A stretch of DNA of 52,238 nt. Origin: a virus (Duplodnaviria; Caudoviricetes). Position 1 is the stretch's first letter, and every line of letters begins with the position of its first letter. Both the position numbers and the translations under genes were made by a program. The stretch lies in the IMG/VR virus record IMGVR_UViG_3300028025_003938, positions 1 to 52,238 of that record; one strand, 5' to 3'. Positions 49,454-52,238 of this stretch are shown piece by piece. Under the pieces are notes generated by a model. That model saw only the letters and a program-made list of their open reading frames with translations, did no database searches and was not told the DNA's origin.

Positions 49454-50791
49454 ATGGGCAGTGTGAACCAAACCGGAAGAACTACGCCGACTCGTACGGC
49501 TAAAGCAAAGTCTTCAACGGACTTCATGGAAGTAGGTTCATCAGGTCTCGTTCAATCCGGCGGCATCGTCAACGAAGACTTCCTAAGGCAGATGCGAGGC
49601 AAGCAAGCCTTCGCAAACTTCAGAGAAATGTCAGACAACGATCCGGTCGTTGGTGCAATGCTCGGCGCAATTGAGATGATCGTTCGTTCGGTTGACTGGT
49701 CGGTATTACCTTCAGACAATAATAACGAGCAGGCAGTAGAAGAAGCAGCGTTCGTATCGTCGTGCATTAACGACATGAGTACCTCGTGGGACGACACTCT
49801 CTCCGGTATTTTAACTTTCCTCGTCTACGGCTTTTCGTTGCACGAGATCGTTTACAAGTATCGCAGAGGCGATTCCGACGACGCAGCAGGACGATCAAAA
49901 TATAACGATGGTCGTATCGGTTGGCGCAAACTTCCTATCCGAGCACAAGACACCATTGACCGCTGGGACTTTGATGAATCCGGTGGAATCAAAGGCGCTT
50001 ACCAGATGGACCCGTCTAGCGACAGAGGACTCGTCTTCTTGCCGATGGAGAAGTGCTTACTGTTCCGCACAACAACAAAAATGAATAACCCCCAAGGGCG
50101 TTCAATTCTACGTAACGCATTTTTGCCGTGGTACTACAAGAAGCGTATCCAAGAGATAGAAGCAATCGGCATTGAACGAGACCTCGCTGGTATGCCCGTC
50201 GCTTATGTGCCACCGCAATTGCTGTCTAACAACGCTACCGCCGACGAGAAAGCAGCGTTGAACGCAATCAAGCAGATCGTTAGAAACATTAAGCGTGACG
50301 AGCAAGAAGGCATCGTCTTCCCGTTGGCGTACGATCCCGATACGAAGATGCTCGCTTATGATCTCAAACTTCTAAGCACCGGAGGACGACGTCAGTTCGA
50401 TACTGACGCAATCATCACCCGGTACGACCAGCGAATCACGATGACGGTTCTAGCGGACTTCATGTTGCTTGGTCACGAAGGCGTCGGTACGCAATCGCTA
50501 TCTGTTTCAAAAGTAGAGTTGTTCTTAACTTCGCTCACGGCTTATCTGTCCAATATCGCCGAGACTTTCAACAGCCACGCAATCCCAAGACTGATGCGCT
50601 TGAACGGAGTGGATTCTTCTTTGTCGCCGATCCTGACTTACACCCCGCCAAAGAACATTGATCTTGATGCGATCAGTAAGTTTGTAACGTCGCTCGCCCA
50701 AGCCGGCGCACCGCTGTTCCCCGATACGGAACTAGAAAACTATCTCAAGGGTATCGCAGGGTTACCGCAAGGCTCGGCAGAAGAAGTCTAG
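49454..50791 (+). CDS. Portal protein (DUF935/Mu gp29-like)
   Basis: D..VGA.L, YGFS.HEIVY, NPQGRSILR, IERD..G.P, IPRL..LN. Confidence 0.9.
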   Translation: MGSVNQTGRTTPTRTAKAKSSTDFMEVGSSGLVQSGGIVNEDFLRQMRGKQAFANFREMSDNDPVVGAMLGAIEMIVRSVDWSVLPSDNNNEQAVEEAAFVSSCINDMSTSWDDTLSGILTFLVYGFSLHEIVYKYRRGDSDDAAGRSKYNDGRIGWRKLPIRAQDTIDRWDFDESGGIKGAYQMDPSSDRGLVFLPMEKCLLFRTTTKMNNPQGRSILRNAFLPWYYKKRIQEIEAIGIERDLAGMPVAYVPPQLLSNNATADEKAALNAIKQIVRNIKRDEQEGIVFPLAYDPDTKMLAYDLKLLSTGGRRQFDTDAIITRYDQRITMTVLADFMLLGHEGVGTQSLSVSKVELFLTSLTAYLSNIAETFNSHAIPRLMRLNGVDSSLSPILTYTPPKNIDLDAISKFVTSLAQAGAPLFPDTELENYLKGIAGLPQGSAEEV

Positions 50792-50793
50792 TT

Positions 50794-52238
50794 ATGCCGA
50801 TCAACGGCAAACACTTATTCAAAACTGCTGCGATCCCGGTAAGCAAAACACGAGAAGCGGTTCAGCCGTCTCATCGGGCTATTGCCAGCAACCGTCTCAC
50901 CGGGCTTGAAGAACAATTATTCAAAGTAATTCTTCAAGGCTTTAGCGATATACCGGAGTCGGCGTATCTCAGCGTAATCAACGGCGACAACGACGGAACG
51001 CAATACCTCAGCGTCGTTACAGATTCTTTGCGTAAGGTTCAACCAGAGATCACAGATATTCTTCTCCGGCAATTAGTAGCCAGCGGTACCACAGAAGCCC
51101 TTGACTTATCCAAGATGCTCGTAGAGCAGTTCTCGCAGATCTTCGGCAAAGCAACCGAACCGACGCCCGTCAGTATCGCTGCCGGATTCCGGTTTGATGT
51201 AAACAGTCAAGACGCCTTGAACTACGCACGCAACGAGTCAGGGCAATTAATCACGAACATGGCTAACGAGCAACGAGCCGTGATGCGTCAAGTCGTCGGG
51301 CAATCAATGTCTCAAGGCGCAACACGAGCAGCGACGAGTTCAGCGTTACGAGATGCGCTAATGGATATCGGTACAGGTTCCGAGTTTGGCCGTATTACAG
51401 CGGCGACTATCGGAGCCAACGTCAACGGGTTAACGCTTGGATATGAACAAGCAGTCTGGAACCGAGCCAATACGGTTGCTGCTGATCTCGCTAAACGAGG
51501 TATCACTGGAACTAAAGCAGTAGAAGAAGTAAAGAAGAAGACCGAAGCGTACGCCGAAAAACTACGACGAGCCCGAGCACGCACTATCGCCCGTACCGAA
51601 ATTATCCGAGCAGCGGAAGAAGGACGCCAGCAGTCTTGGGAACAGGCAGCGAATAAAGGTTTGATCGACAAAAACAAAGCAACTAAAACTTGGAGTGCGT
51701 CGCCGATGGACGTCTGCCAAATATGTTCTAGGTTGCAGGGTAAGACCGTTCCGTTGATGGGAAAGTTTTCCACAGGTATCGGCGAAGTTAAAACGCCGCC
51801 AGCGCACCCGAATTGTCGTTGCACTATGCGCTTGAATACGGGCAAACAGTCACCACGAGCGTTGGGTTCTAATAGCCCCGGTGATCCGTTCCGGTTGGAG
51901 CCAACTTCGGGACCGCCTAACATTGATGACTTCCCGCCGTTACCCGGTTCGGAAGCAGCGAGACCAAACGTATTGAGCGATCGGGTTACTCAACCGCCGA
52001 CAGTGAATACGGCGACTCAAGCGCCGAGACGACCGGGCGAATCTGATGCTGATTACGCTCGTCGGTTAGAAGTTAATCGTAAGAGCCGTGAAGCGAAAGC
52101 CGCTGCTCGTGCGAGAGCGCAGGGCAAGCCAGCGCCGACACCGGAGCCGACGCCCGCACCAATACCAGAACCGACACCAACGCCAGCGCCGACACCGGAA
52201 CCTGTACCGCCGCAGACTGGTCCGGTTTCTCCTCGTAA
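50794..52238 (+). CDS. 5' part of the MuF (SPP1 gp7-like) minor head protein; continues across the join to 2246 (about 1186 aa in total)
   Basis: ATG 2 nt after the portal stop and open to the window end; RARTIARTE, KTW..C..C, PPAHPNCRC (MuF signature). Confidence 0.9.
   Translation, partial: MPINGKHLFKTAAIPVSKTREAVQPSHRAIASNRLTGLEEQLFKVILQGFSDIPESAYLSVINGDNDGTQYLSVVTDSLRKVQPEITDILLRQLVASGTTEALDLSKMLVEQFSQIFGKATEPTPVSIAAGFRFDVNSQDALNYARNESGQLITNMANEQRAVMRQVVGQSMSQGATRAATSSALRDALMDIGTGSEFGRITAATIGANVNGLTLGYEQAVWNRANTVAADLAKRGITGTKAVEEVKKKTEAYAEKLRRARARTIARTEIIRAAEEGRQQSWEQAANKGLIDKNKATKTWSASPMDVCQICSRLQGKTVPLMGKFSTGIGEVKTPPAHPNCRCTMRLNTGKQSPRALGSNSPGDPFRLEPTSGPPNIDDFPPLPGSEAARPNVLSDRVTQPPTVNTATQAPRRPGESDADYARRLEVNRKSREAKAAARARAQGKPAPTPEPTPAPIPEPTPTPAPTPEPVPPQTGPVSPR
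52113..52238. repeat. Terminal direct repeat (copy of 5-130)
   Basis: Exact 126-nt identity. Confidence 0.93.

Noticed and set aside
51312-51923. 203 aa minus-strand ORF
   Set aside because: Antisense to the MuF domain, which has recognisable motifs on the + strand
1-52238. tRNA, tmRNA, integrase or repressor genes
   Set aside because: No cloverleaf, T-loop or recombinase motifs recognised by eye; tRNAscan-SE/ARAGORN and HMM searches are needed to be certain

Overview
This window is very probably the complete, circularly permuted genome (about 52.1 kb) of a siphovirus-like tailed phage. Nt 5-130 are repeated exactly at 52113-52238, and one reading frame runs across that join. A WhiB regulator, leaderless promoters, a TTGTCCACA DnaA box and Thr-rich secreted proteins point to an actinobacterial host; a freshwater Acidimicrobiia-like host is my inference. 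Gene order: terS, terL, gp88-like, ParB, C5-MTase, portal, a ~1186 aa MuF/zincin/ADP-ribosyltransferase protein (across the join), XkdF-type protease, [island A], scaffold, capsid, neck, Com-like zinc finger, [island B], two tail-tube paralogues, tail chaperone with a GGGAAAG -1 frameshift, tape measure, tail tip and fibres, 2OG-Fe(II) oxygenase, lysis genes, [island C plus recombination/replication genes], [island D with two more MTases], whiB. I recognised no integrase, repressor, DNA polymerase, tRNA or CRISPR array. The most striking signals are: (1) a ~100 bp promoter cassette present four times, each heading a small-gene island; (2) a Com-like zinc finger with tandem GTGNCC elements in the tail-operon leader and on the tail-chaperone start codon; (3) the MuF polyvalent toxin; (4) a prohead protease apparently split between two genes 6.5 kb apart; (5) a nested alternative-frame gene inside a C5 methyltransferase; (6) a gp88-ParB-MTase cassette coupled between terL and portal. 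All family assignments come from motifs recognised by eye, not from database searches.
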